Source of the DNA: an uncultured Actinomycetes bacterium
GTDB lineage: Bacteria > Actinomycetota > Thermoleophilia > Gaiellales > Gaiellaceae
DNA: 64,000 nucleotides
Reading direction: 5' to 3'
NCBI GenBank assembly: GCA_963758125.1
Contig: CAVWUL010000011.1
Span: 73,347 to 137,346 of the forward strand
Of this stretch, positions 27,130 to 36,285 are shown in pieces. Under the pieces are notes generated by a model. It had not been told where the DNA came from. It did no database searches and saw only the letters and a list, made by a program, of their open reading frames with translations. Positions within the stretch are counted from its first letter, which is position 1, and the number at the start of each line of letters is the position of its first letter. Both the position numbers and the translations under genes were made by a program.

Positions 27130-27830
27130 GAGGCGGCCGCCTCGGGCGACTTCACGTACTGGACGTAGCCGCGGACGTCGGCGGCCGGCTCCGAGTACGC
27201 GTCGCCGAGGGTCGACTCCATCCGGGTCAAGAAGTCCGCCGCCCACTGCGGGAACTCGTAGTCGACGGAGTGCAGGAACTCGAGCGTCGCGGCCAAACGG
27301 ATGTCGGCGATCGACGGCGAGTCCCCGCCGATGAACGGCTTGCCCGCAAGGAAGAACGTGTTGAAGACCTCGAGCGGGCCGGCGAGCGCGGCCTGGGCGT
27401 CGGCCTGGGCCTTCGCCTTCATCTCGTCGGTCGCCTCCGGCGAGGTGCCGACCTCGCCGGCGTACTGGCCGAACGAGAGGGTCGGATAGGTGGCCCGCGC
27501 GACGAGCGGGTAGAGCGTCGCGAGGTGGTAGGCCATCGCGCTGTCGACCATCGCGCGCTCACCGGGATCGGTGGGGTAGAACTGATCGAGGCCGTGCTTG
27601 TTGCAGAGGTACTGCATGATCGCGCAGCTCTCCCAGAGCGCGCCGCGCGGTAGGCCGTCGCATTCGAGCAGCGGGGTGAGCATCGACGGGTCCTTCGAGA
27701 TGAACTCGGGGCTCTGCTGCTGGCCCCAGACGTCGATCTCCTCGAAGTCGAGCCCGGCGGCCCGGACGAAGATGCGGGCGCTCAGGTTGTTGACGCTCGG
27801 CTTCAGGATGCTCAGGGTGTTGTCTGCCAC
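27126..27830 (-). CDS. glutathione S-transferase family protein
   Basis: 234 aa with a GST N-domain pattern (LWESCAIMQYL) and a C-terminal helical domain. 4-nt convergent overlap with the SLC13 gene. Confidence 0.85.
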   Translation of the reverse strand: MADNTLSILKPSVNNLSARIFVRAAGLDFEEIDVWGQQQSPEFISKDPSMLTPLLECDGLPRGALWESCAIMQYLCNKHGLDQFYPTDPGERAMVDSAMAYHLATLYPLVARATYPTLSFGQYAGEVGTSPEATDEMKAKAQADAQAALAGPLEVFNTFFLAGKPFIGGDSPSIADIRLAATLEFLHSVDYEFPQWAADFLTRMESTLGDAYSEPAADVRGYVQYVKSPEAAAS

Positions 27831-27839
27831 GGGATCCTC

Positions 27840-28436
27840 CTACTTGGGGGTGGTCTGCCGGTACGGATTCTTCGGGGAGCGGTCGTCGGAGAGCGACTCG
27901 CGCGACCGCTCGACGAGCGCCTCGATCGCGTCGGCGAGGTGTCCTTCGTCGATGTTGTAGTCCCCGGCGGCTTCTCTGAGCTTGTGCGCCTCGAGCAGCA
28001 CCTCGGCGTGGGTGAACCCGTGCGGTGGCTCGAAGCGATACGACGCGAGCTCGATCGTCAGCCCGAGCGGATCCTCGAAATAGATCGAGTCCATGAAGCC
28101 GCGGTCCCTGACCGCCGGGGTGATCCCGCGCTCCGCGAGCCGCTCGACGGCATGCGCGAAGGTGGCGTGGGAGACCGAGAGCGCGAGGTGATGGACGCAG
28201 CCGGGATCGGTCGCGGTGCGGGTCGGATCGGGAACGCGATCCTCGTTCGTGAAGATCGTGATCAGCCGGCCGTCGCCCGGGTCGAAGTAGAGATGGCTCT
28301 CCGACGGGTTGTCGAGGTTCGGCTGCTCGAAGACGAACGGCATCCCGAGCAGCCCTTCCCAGAAGTCGATCGAGGTCCGGCGATCGGCGCCGACGAGGGT
28401 GATGTGGTGCACGCCCTGGGACTGGACCTTGCGCAC
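27840..28436 (-). CDS. VOC-family (glyoxalase / ring-cleaving dioxygenase-like) protein
   Basis: 198 aa. HHITLVG..DFWEGLLGMPFV and HHLALSV..FEDPLGLTIE paired beta-alpha-beta-beta-beta modules. Confidence 0.85.
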   Translation of the reverse strand: MRKVQSQGVHHITLVGADRRTSIDFWEGLLGMPFVFEQPNLDNPSESHLYFDPGDGRLITIFTNEDRVPDPTRTATDPGCVHHLALSVSHATFAHAVERLAERGITPAVRDRGFMDSIYFEDPLGLTIELASYRFEPPHGFTHAEVLLEAHKLREAAGDYNIDEGHLADAIEALVERSRESLSDDRSPKNPYRQTTPK

Positions 28437-28504
28437 GCAGGGATCCTAGATGGTTGATGCCACGAGGTCGTCTGCTTCGGGGCGCGAGCTGGGCTGCCTG
28501 GGGC

Positions 28505-28557
28505 GCCGCGGCGGTGCCTCTCCGGTACATGACGTACCGGTGAGGTGCCGCCGCGGT
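28505..28557. other. long imperfect palindrome / hairpin (~24 bp stem, 5-nt loop)
   Basis: GCCGCGGCGGTGCCTCTCCGGTAC-ATGAC-GTACCGGTGAGGTGCCGCCGCGG. One mismatch and two positions that pair only as G-U on the + strand. Lies between the PaaK-like stop and the VOC start. Confidence 0.5.
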
Positions 28558-28667
28558 GAAGCGCAGGCCTCACGGGGAGCCAGGTTTATCGGCTGCCCGC
28601 GAGGCCGGAGCGGCCCAGGCCGTCCAGATCGTGCAGCCGGACACGCGAGATCGTGGCATCGACCATC

Positions 28668-29969
28668 TCAACGCTGCACCAGGTGCGATTTGTACTCGCT
28701 GCGGGCGAGGCTGCCGAAGGGCACGAGCTCGACCCGGGTCTGAACGACGAGGGTGCTCCTGAGCCGTTCGCGGATCGTCTCGGCGAGGTCCGCGTCGATG
28801 GCGGCCTCCCCGGCCAACTCGACCACGACCGGGAGTGGAGGCTCCTGCTTCACGCCCTCGGCGGCCGGCTTCACGAGGATGTTGCCGCTGACCGCGGGCG
28901 CGAAGGCGCCGACGATCTCGCGGATTGCCGACGGGAAGACGTTCACGCCGCGGACGATCAGCATGTCGTCGGTACGGCCGATGCAGCGGATCCGGGGGCC
29001 CGTGCGGCCGCAGGAGCACGGACTCATGCGCACCTCGACGTGGTCGCGGGTGCGGAAGCGCAGGAGCGGGGCGGCGCGGTGTCGGAGGTGGGTGAGCACG
29101 AGCTCGCCGGTTGCACCGTCTTCAAGCGGCCGCGTGGCGCCCGTTTCGGGATCGATCAGCTCGGGGTGGACGAAGCCACGGGCGCCGAGGTGCATCCCGT
29201 CCCGGGCCTCGCACTCGCCCCAGAGCGAGATCCCGATGTCGCCGATCCCCATCGCCTCGGTCACCCTCGCACCCCAGCCGGCCTCGAGCCTGGCCCTGAA
29301 GGCCGGTTCGCCGCCTCCGGGCTCACCCGCCACGAGTACGCGCTTCACACTCGACCCGCGCAGGTCCCGCCCACGTTCGGCCGCCCATTCGACGAGGTAG
29401 GCCGCATAGGACGGGGTCAGCACCGCGGCGTCGGGCTTCAGCAGCTCGATCGCGGTGACGAGTCGCTCGGTGTTGCCGGTACCGATCGGGATGTGGCAGA
29501 GCCCGATCCGGTCGAACGACTGAAGCGCAGCGCCGGCGACGAACGGTCCAGCGTTGTAGGTCGAGACGATCCGCTCCCCGGGTTCGATCCCGGAGGCTGC
29601 GTAGCTGCGGGCGGAGCCGACGACCCAGTTGTCGAGGTCGCCGGCGGTGAGCGGGATGAAGCTCGGCGCGCCCGTGGTGCCGCTCGTCGAGTAGACGCGG
29701 ACGATCTCCGCGGGCTCTGCGCAGAGATGAGCACCGATCGGGTTCTCCGGCGTGACGGTCTCGCGGAGCTCGCGCTTCTCCGTGAACGGGAGCTCGGCGA
29801 TCCGGTCGAGGCCGCCGGCCGCTTCGGTCGAGTCGAGCCCGGCACGCGTGAGCTTGTCGCGGTAGAAGGCGGAGCGCTCGTAGAGGTAGGCGAGCTGGTC
29901 GCGGTAGCTCGCGCCGTCCAGCGCGAGCTGCGCCTCCCACGATCGGGTCTCGACCTCGGGCTCGAGCAT
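28668..29969 (-). CDS. phenylacetate-CoA ligase-like (PaaK / coenzyme F390 synthetase family)
   Basis: ATG at 29969 (MLEPEVETRSWE). YSTSGTTGAPSF AMP-binding motif. 433 aa, the size typical of PaaK. Confidence 0.85.
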   Translation of the reverse strand: MLEPEVETRSWEAQLALDGASYRDQLAYLYERSAFYRDKLTRAGLDSTEAAGGLDRIAELPFTEKRELRETVTPENPIGAHLCAEPAEIVRVYSTSGTTGAPSFIPLTAGDLDNWVVGSARSYAASGIEPGERIVSTYNAGPFVAGAALQSFDRIGLCHIPIGTGNTERLVTAIELLKPDAAVLTPSYAAYLVEWAAERGRDLRGSSVKRVLVAGEPGGGEPAFRARLEAGWGARVTEAMGIGDIGISLWGECEARDGMHLGARGFVHPELIDPETGATRPLEDGATGELVLTHLRHRAAPLLRFRTRDHVEVRMSPCSCGRTGPRIRCIGRTDDMLIVRGVNVFPSAIREIVGAFAPAVSGNILVKPAAEGVKQEPPLPVVVELAGEAAIDADLAETIRERLRSTLVVQTRVELVPFGSLARSEYKSHLVQR

Positions 29970-30748
29970 CAGGCCTCGTACTCGACCGCGTCCTCGGCGG
30001 CGCCGGCCATCAGGAACCCAAGTGGGTGCTCGCGCTCCTCGGCGAGATGGGCGAGCAGGCCGGCGGTGCGCGCGAGGATCGGCACGGACTTCACGGCAGA
30101 CGCCGGGAAGCCGAGGTCGAGCATCACGGCCGCGATCGGGAGCGAGACGTTCATCGTCAGCGGTTTCCCCCAGACCTCGGCGACGCTCTCGCGAAGGGCG
30201 CGGGCGAGCGCGACGTGCGGGCCGCTCACCTGCTTCTGGTCGGCAAGCTCGAGGATCCGCTCGGCGCGGGGATCGAGCGGCCTGTGCACGGGATGCCCAA
30301 ATCCGGGCAGCCTGGCGCCGGCCGCATGCGCGGCGAGCGCGATCTCGTCGGCGACTGCCTGCGGATCGCCGCCCGCGAAGACCTGGGCCTGCCCCTCGGC
30401 GAGCATGCGCGCGCACGGCTCCGCCGTCCCCAGCAGCACGGGGCCGGCGCCGAGGATCCCGGCGGCGACCGCGCCCTGCAACGACTCGGGATCCGCCGCC
30501 AGGGTCATCCGCGCGGCGACGTTCGTCGGCATCATCCCGTGCTCGGCGATCGCGACGAGCAGCACGTCGAGGAAGTACGCCTGCCCCTCGGTCGGCTCGT
30601 GCCCGGTCAGGAGCAGATGGAAATACTGCGTGAAGCTCAAGCGGCCCATCAGCTCCGTGAGCTCGCGCCCACGCACCTCGACCCGGTCCGGATAGGCCTG
30701 GCTGATCCGCGTCACGGCCGATCCCGGCTTCCCGATCATCGGCCCCAA
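29969..30748 (-). CDS. citrate-synthase-like protein (citryl-CoA lyase type, short form)
   Basis: 259 aa. GFGHPVHRPLDPRA resembles the citrate synthase catalytic-His region. Its stop overlaps the PaaK-like start by 1 nt. Confidence 0.7.
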   Translation of the reverse strand: MGPMIGKPGSAVTRISQAYPDRVEVRGRELTELMGRLSFTQYFHLLLTGHEPTEGQAYFLDVLLVAIAEHGMMPTNVAARMTLAADPESLQGAVAAGILGAGPVLLGTAEPCARMLAEGQAQVFAGGDPQAVADEIALAAHAAGARLPGFGHPVHRPLDPRAERILELADQKQVSGPHVALARALRESVAEVWGKPLTMNVSLPIAAVMLDLGFPASAVKSVPILARTAGLLAHLAEEREHPLGFLMAGAAEDAVEYEA

Positions 30749-30800
30749 CCTAACCGAAACCCGGAGCGAGGCACCGCTCGCGCCTTGCTGCGTTCGCCGA

Positions 30801-31919
30801 TCAGCCCCAGACTTCGGCCGCGGTCTCGACGACGAGCCGGAGCTTTGCGAGCTCCTCCTCGATTGTGAGCGCGTTGCCCTCGACCGTCGAGGAGAAGCCG
30901 CACTGGGGCGACAGGCAGAGCTGCTCGAGAGAGACGAACTGCGCCGCCTCCTCGATCCGGCGCTTCAGGTCGTCCTTGCGCTCGAGCTCGCCGCGCTTGG
31001 TCGTCACGAGACCGAGTACGACCTGCTTGCCCGGCGGGACGAAACGGAGCGGAGCGAAGCCGCCCGAGCGCTCGTCGTCCCATTCCATGAAGAACCCGTC
31101 GACCTCGAGCTCGTTGAAGAGCGCCTCGGCGACGAACTCGTAGTCGCCCTCCGCGACCCAGGAGGAGCGGAAGTTGCCGCGACACATGTGCGTCGTCACC
31201 GCCATCCCCACCGGCCGTCCGGTGAGCGCCTCGTTCATGTGGCGGATGTACTCGAGATGCTGGCGGTCGGGATCGCCGCCGATCGAGGCCACGTACTCAC
31301 GCTGCGACGGATCATTCAGGTAGGCAAGGCTCGTGTCGTCGAGCTGGAGGTAGCGGCAGCCGAGCTCGCCGAGACGCCGCACCTCGTCGGCATAGGCGGC
31401 GGTCAGATCCGCCCAGAAGCCGTCGAGCTCCGGGTAGACCGCGCTATCGATCGAGGTGCGGCCGCCACGGTAGTGGACCATGCTCGGCGACGGGATCGTC
31501 AGCTTCGGCGTGACCCCGTCGGCCGTCTCGCGCAGGAAGGCGAAGTCGTCGCCGAAGATCGTCCCCCCGAGGCGGATCCGCCCTTCGACGTGCATCGCCG
31601 CCGGGGTGAACTCGATCGTCCCGTCCTCGTTGCGGAACTCGACCTTCAGCTCGCCCGGTGCCTTGCTGATCCCGTCGAGCGCATAGATGAAGTCCATGTG
31701 CCACGACGCGCGGCGGAACTCGCCGTCGGTCGCCGAGCGCAGACCGGCCTCGCGCTGGAGCGCCACGACCGCACGGATCGCGTCGTCCTCGGCGGCGCGG
31801 AGACCCGGGGTGTCGAGCCGGCCCGCCGCGTGCTCGGCCCGCGCCTCGAGCAGGTCCGGCGGCCGGAGCAGACTGCCGACGTGATCGGCGCGAAACGGAG
31901 GTGTCGTTCGCTGGGCCAC
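30801..31919 (-). CDS. cobalamin-independent methionine synthase II family (MetE C-terminal-like) protein
   Basis: PPFRADHVGSLLRP N-terminus and TDGEFRR, typical of this family. GTG start at 31919 is inferred; the upstream part of the track ORF looks non-coding. Confidence 0.8.
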   Translation of the reverse strand: MAQRTTPPFRADHVGSLLRPPDLLEARAEHAAGRLDTPGLRAAEDDAIRAVVALQREAGLRSATDGEFRRASWHMDFIYALDGISKAPGELKVEFRNEDGTIEFTPAAMHVEGRIRLGGTIFGDDFAFLRETADGVTPKLTIPSPSMVHYRGGRTSIDSAVYPELDGFWADLTAAYADEVRRLGELGCRYLQLDDTSLAYLNDPSQREYVASIGGDPDRQHLEYIRHMNEALTGRPVGMAVTTHMCRGNFRSSWVAEGDYEFVAEALFNELEVDGFFMEWDDERSGGFAPLRFVPPGKQVVLGLVTTKRGELERKDDLKRRIEEAAQFVSLEQLCLSPQCGFSSTVEGNALTIEEELAKLRLVVETAAEVWG

Positions 31920-31929
31920 GGCGACGAAG

Positions 31930-31946
31930 TCGCAGGCTACCTGATT
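31930..31946. promoter_or_regulatory. candidate operator, member of the recurrent 17-bp palindrome family (TCGCAGGCTACCTGATT)
   Basis: Sits in the 49-nt divergent spacer between the MetE-like and amidohydrolase genes. Matches the consensus TRTCAGGTAGCCTGATA at 11 of 17 positions, including CCTGAT. Confidence 0.4.
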
Positions 31947-31968
31947 CTCGGGTCGATAGGATCCGCGT

Positions 31969-32838
31969 GTGTCCGGGATCGACCTCGACGGCGTAGTCGC
32001 GATCGACGTGCACACCCACGCGGAGGTCTCGCGCACCGGGCTCGATCCGCTCACGCCCGAGCTGCGCGCCGGCGCCGCGAGGTATTTCTCGAGCGACCGC
32101 CTGCCGACGGCCGAAGACGTCGCCTTGTACTACCGGGAGCGCAACCTCGCCGCGGTGATCTTCGGCGTCGACAGTGAGTCGGTCACGGGCATCCCGCCGA
32201 TCCCCAACGAGGAGATAGCCGAGGTAGCGGCAGCCAACCCGGACGTGCTGATCCCGTTCGCCTCGATCGACCCGGCACGCGGCGCCGACGGCGTCCGGGC
32301 CGCCAGACGGCTGATCGCCGACCACGGAGTCCGCGGCTTCAAGTTCCACCCGAACTCCCAGGGCTTCTTCCCGAACGACCCGGCCGCCTACCCGCTCTAC
32401 GAGGTGATCGAGGCCGCCGGGCTGCCCGCTCTCTTCCATACGGGTCACAGCGGCATCGGCGCCGGGGTCCGCGGGGGCGGAGGCCTGCGGCTCAAGTACT
32501 CGAACCCGATGGTGGTCGACGACGTCGCCGTCGACTTCCCCGACCTGAAGATCGTGCTCGCCCATCCGTCGTTCCCGTGGCAGGACGAGGCGATCTCGGT
32601 CGCGCTCCACAAGCCGAACGTCTACATCGATCTCTCCGGCTGGTCGCCGAAGTACTTCCCGGAGGTCCTCGTGCGCTATGCCAACAGCCTGCTGCGCGAG
32701 AAGGTGCTGTTCGGCTCCGACTTCCCGGTGCTCACCCCCGACCGCTGGCTCGCCGATTTCGCCGAGCTCCCGATCAGGGACGAGGTCAGGCCGCTGATCC
32801 TGAAGGAGAACGCGATCCGGCTGCTCGGGCTGCGGTAG
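31969..32838 (+). CDS. amidohydrolase-2 family metal-dependent hydrolase/decarboxylase
   Basis: 289 aa. AIDVHTH, GFKFHP and HTGHSG metal-ligand pattern of the amidohydrolase_2 (ACMSD-like) family. GTG start. Confidence 0.8.
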   Translation: MSGIDLDGVVAIDVHTHAEVSRTGLDPLTPELRAGAARYFSSDRLPTAEDVALYYRERNLAAVIFGVDSESVTGIPPIPNEEIAEVAAANPDVLIPFASIDPARGADGVRAARRLIADHGVRGFKFHPNSQGFFPNDPAAYPLYEVIEAAGLPALFHTGHSGIGAGVRGGGGLRLKYSNPMVVDDVAVDFPDLKIVLAHPSFPWQDEAISVALHKPNVYIDLSGWSPKYFPEVLVRYANSLLREKVLFGSDFPVLTPDRWLADFAELPIRDEVRPLILKENAIRLLGLR

Positions 32839-32909
32839 ATTCACCGCTCCGCTTCCTGGAGAGGCGGAACCCGGGAAGGCCGCGCGAGCGGTCTTCTTCG
32901 GCTCAGGGG

Positions 32910-33605
32910 CTAGGGAGCGAGCTGGGTGACGAGCTCGTCGCGGAGCCCGGCCTCGGCCGAGGGCTTCTCGAAGATGAGGCTCCCGAGCTTCAGCACCGCC
33001 ACGGTGTCGGCCACCTCGAGGCTCAGATCGAGATTCTGCTCGACCATCAGGATCGTGCAGCCGTGCCGCTCGCGAAGGCTCTTCAGCGCGGAGCCGACCG
33101 TCGAGACGACTGCCGGCCCGAGACCGTCGGAGATCTCGTCGAGCACGAGCAGATCGGGCGAGCCGACGAGCGCCTTCGCGAGGGTCAGCATCTTCTGCTC
33201 GCCGCCGCTCAAGGTCCCGGCCCGCTGCCGCAGGCGCTTGCCGAGCACGGGGAAGTAGGAGAACACCTCCTCGCGAAGCTCGGCGCTGCAGCGCTTGCCC
33301 TTTCCGACGGTGAGGTTCTCCTCGATCGAGAGCTCGCCGAAGAGCGACTTCTCCTGCGCGGCGTAGGCGACCCCCATCCGCGAGATCCGGTAGGTCGGCC
33401 AACCCGTGACGTCGCGCTCCCCCAGCGACACCGTCCCGCGCGACGGCTTCAGGTAGCCCATCACCGCCTTCAGGAGCGTGGACTTGCCCATCCCGTTGCG
33501 GCCGACGATCGCGAGTGCGCTGTGCTCGGGAACGGAGAACCCGATCTCCTCAAGGATCACCGCCGAGCCGTAGCCGGCGCGGAGCCCTGCGACCTCGACC
33601 TTCAC
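32910..33605 (-). CDS. ABC transporter ATP-binding protein (LivF-like)
   Basis: 231 aa. Walker A GRNGMGKST, signature LSGGEQKM, Walker B LLVLDE. Confidence 0.9.
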   Translation of the reverse strand: MKVEVAGLRAGYGSAVILEEIGFSVPEHSALAIVGRNGMGKSTLLKAVMGYLKPSRGTVSLGERDVTGWPTYRISRMGVAYAAQEKSLFGELSIEENLTVGKGKRCSAELREEVFSYFPVLGKRLRQRAGTLSGGEQKMLTLAKALVGSPDLLVLDEISDGLGPAVVSTVGSALKSLRERHGCTILMVEQNLDLSLEVADTVAVLKLGSLIFEKPSAEAGLRDELVTQLAP

Positions 33606-35407
33606 GTAGCCGCCACCGTCCCGACGTAGGCCTCGCGGACGACCGCCGAGGCAGAGACCTCGGCCGGCGTCCCCGACTCGACGACCTTGCCGCCGTGCAG
33701 CACGATCACGCGATCCGCGACCCGGGCGACGAAGTCCAGGTCGTGCTCGATCAGCACGATCGTCATCCCGGCGTCGACGAGCCGGCGGAACACGTTGCCG
33801 ATCACGCCTCGCTCGTTGCTCGTGAGCCCAGCAGTCGGCTCGTCGAGGAGCAGCAGCTCGGGACGGACCGAGGCCGCGGCGGCCAGCTCCAGGCCCTGCT
33901 TGAGCCCGTGCGCGAGCGCGGGAGAGGGCACGTCCTCGCGCCCGTCGAGGCCGGTCGCCCCGACGATATCGAGCACCGACTGCGGCACCGCGACCTGCTT
34001 CGAGCGGCGCCAGAGCGAGGGGATGCGTCCCTTCCGGGACGCAAGGAGCAAGGTCTCGGCGACGGTAAGGCTGTCGAAGAGATGCGGGATCTGGAACTTC
34101 CGCGCGACGCCGGCCCGGGCGATCCGGTGGATCGGCTGCCCCTTCCGCACGAGCTCCCCCGCATGCATGAAGTACGAGATGTCGCCCTGGGCAGAGAGCT
34201 TGCCGTCGGTCAGCACGTTCAGCAGCGTCGACTTGCCCGCACCGTTCGGCCCGACGATGCAGAGGAGCTCGCCGGCCTTGATCTCGAAGTCGACCCCGCG
34301 CAATACCTCGAGCGCGCCGTAGGCGAACTGCACCTCCGAGACAACCGTGATCGGCTCGCCGCGCTCACGCAGCGGCGGCCGCGCCCGCGGCGCCGGAACG
34401 AGCTCCCGCGACGCCTTCGCAGGCCACCGGCGCAGGAGCACGCGCCGGACCTGGCGAACCGCCGGCGGAAGCACGCCGTCCGGTACGAACACGACCACCG
34501 CGACGAAGAGGAGACCGAGGAACAGCGACCACTCGGTCGGGTAGGACGCGCTCAGCTTGTTCGTGACGAAGCTGAGCCCGATCGCACCGATGACCGGCCC
34601 GAGGATCGTGCCTCGCCCGCCGACGGCGACCCAGATCAGGATCTGAGTCGAGAACAGGAACCCGAAGAGCGGCGCGGAGACGAACCCGACGATCGTCGCG
34701 TACACGCCCCCGGCGCCCGCGGCGAGCACGGCACCGAGCACGAACACCGCGATCTTCACGAGCTCGACGTTCGTCCCGAAGAAGCGGACTCGCCGTTCGT
34801 TGTCGCGGATCGACTTCATCACGAGACCGAAGTCGCTACGCACGAGCACGAGCGCCCCCGCAGTCACGACGGCGAGCAGCGCGGCGCAGATGTAGTACCA
34901 GGTCGTCCCCGAGAAGCGGTGCGAGGCGAAACCGAAGAGACCGCTGTCACCGCCGGTGTACGGCGTCTCCTGGCTGTACACCGTCGATGCGATCACCGTG
35001 AGGGCCAGGGTCACGATCGCGATATAGAACGGGTCGGACTCGCCCTGGGAGAACGAGAGCAGCCCGACGACGAGCGCCACCGCCCCGGCGATCGCCATCC
35101 CGATCCCGATCCCCGCCACGTGGCGGCCGAGCCCGCCGTGCGTACCGAGCACGAGCCCGGAGGGATCGACGGTCGTCGTCATCATCCCGACCGCGAGCGC
35201 TCCGAGGCCGAACCACAGTGCGTGCCCGAGGTCGGGCATCCCGGTGTAGCCCCAGACGAGATCGAGGCTGAGCGCCACGATCCCGAACAGCAGGGACTCG
35301 GCGAGCAGGCTCAGGTAGTACGTGTCGAGGAGGTGCGGCATCGCCGCGACGATCACGACGACCCCGACGCTCCCCACCGCCCAGACGGCGGCGCGGCTCC
35401 TGATCAC
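33602..35407 (-). CDS. fused branched-chain-type ABC permease (LivM-like) and ATP-binding (LivG-like) protein
   Basis: GTG at 35407 in a GTGA overlap with the LivH-like stop. N-terminal multi-TM permease, then GPNGAGKSTLLN and LLLLDEPTAG. Confidence 0.85.
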   Translation of the reverse strand: MIRSRAAVWAVGSVGVVVIVAAMPHLLDTYYLSLLAESLLFGIVALSLDLVWGYTGMPDLGHALWFGLGALAVGMMTTTVDPSGLVLGTHGGLGRHVAGIGIGMAIAGAVALVVGLLSFSQGESDPFYIAIVTLALTVIASTVYSQETPYTGGDSGLFGFASHRFSGTTWYYICAALLAVVTAGALVLVRSDFGLVMKSIRDNERRVRFFGTNVELVKIAVFVLGAVLAAGAGGVYATIVGFVSAPLFGFLFSTQILIWVAVGGRGTILGPVIGAIGLSFVTNKLSASYPTEWSLFLGLLFVAVVVFVPDGVLPPAVRQVRRVLLRRWPAKASRELVPAPRARPPLRERGEPITVVSEVQFAYGALEVLRGVDFEIKAGELLCIVGPNGAGKSTLLNVLTDGKLSAQGDISYFMHAGELVRKGQPIHRIARAGVARKFQIPHLFDSLTVAETLLLASRKGRIPSLWRRSKQVAVPQSVLDIVGATGLDGREDVPSPALAHGLKQGLELAAAASVRPELLLLDEPTAGLTSNERGVIGNVFRRLVDAGMTIVLIEHDLDFVARVADRVIVLHGGKVVESGTPAEVSASAVVREAYVGTVAAT

Positions 35408-36243
35408 GATCGCCGCAGCGCGAGCCCTTGTGGGCGGAAGCGCAGGACGACGACGGCGACCCCGATCACGACCACGTTCGACCAGATTGCGTTCTCGTAC
35501 CGGGAGAAGAGCGTCATCGTTCCTGCGAGCAGGACGCATGACAGGACGAGGCCGACGAGCGTTCGGCCCGAGAGCAGGACGGCGAGGAAGCCCGTGGCGA
35601 TCAGCGTCTGGCCGAAGTTCGGGTCGACGCCCTCGATCGGGCCGAGGACGGCGCCCGCGAGGCCGGCGAGTGCCGCGCCGGTGATGAACGTCAGCTGCCG
35701 GACGCGTACGGTGTTGATCCCGTCCGCGCGCGCGAGCGCCTCGTTGGCCATCACGGCGCGGATCGTGAGACCGAGGCTCGTGAAGCGGACGATCACCGCG
35801 AGCGCTGCGATCAGCCCGGCCCCGAAGGCGATCAGGATCAGGCGGTAGTTGGAATACGGCGTCCCGAACACGTCGGTGGCATTGATCGTCGGCAGGTTGA
35901 GGAAGCGCTGGCCCGGCCCGTAGATCTCCGTGATCCCCTGCACGAGCACGAGCGAGACGCCCCAGGTGGCGAGGATCGTGTCGAGCGGCCGGGCGTAGAG
36001 CCGCCGGATCACGATCAGCTCGATCACCGCCCCGACGACGCCGGTGACGAGTGCGGCGAGAACGAGGCTCGGCCAGAAGCCGACCCCGTGCCCACGGAAG
36101 CTGACCTCCGCGTAGACGCCCACCGCCATCAGGCCGGCGTTCGCCAGGTTGACGACGTTCAGCAGCCCGAAGATCAGGAAGAGGCCCGTGACGACGAGTA
36201 CCAGCGTCGAGATCGCGACGAGAAGGTCCAGCGTCAGACTCAC
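35404..36243 (-). CDS. branched-chain-type ABC transporter permease (LivH-like)
   Basis: 279 aa multi-TM protein. LLNVVNLANAGLMAVGVY is typical of the BPD_transp_2 family. Confidence 0.9.
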   Translation of the reverse strand: MSLTLDLLVAISTLVLVVTGLFLIFGLLNVVNLANAGLMAVGVYAEVSFRGHGVGFWPSLVLAALVTGVVGAVIELIVIRRLYARPLDTILATWGVSLVLVQGITEIYGPGQRFLNLPTINATDVFGTPYSNYRLILIAFGAGLIAALAVIVRFTSLGLTIRAVMANEALARADGINTVRVRQLTFITGAALAGLAGAVLGPIEGVDPNFGQTLIATGFLAVLLSGRTLVGLVLSCVLLAGTMTLFSRYENAIWSNVVVIGVAVVVLRFRPQGLALRRS

Positions 36244-36285
36244 GGGCCTCTACCTTATGTCTCTTCTAGGTGGCTCGAATCAGCG

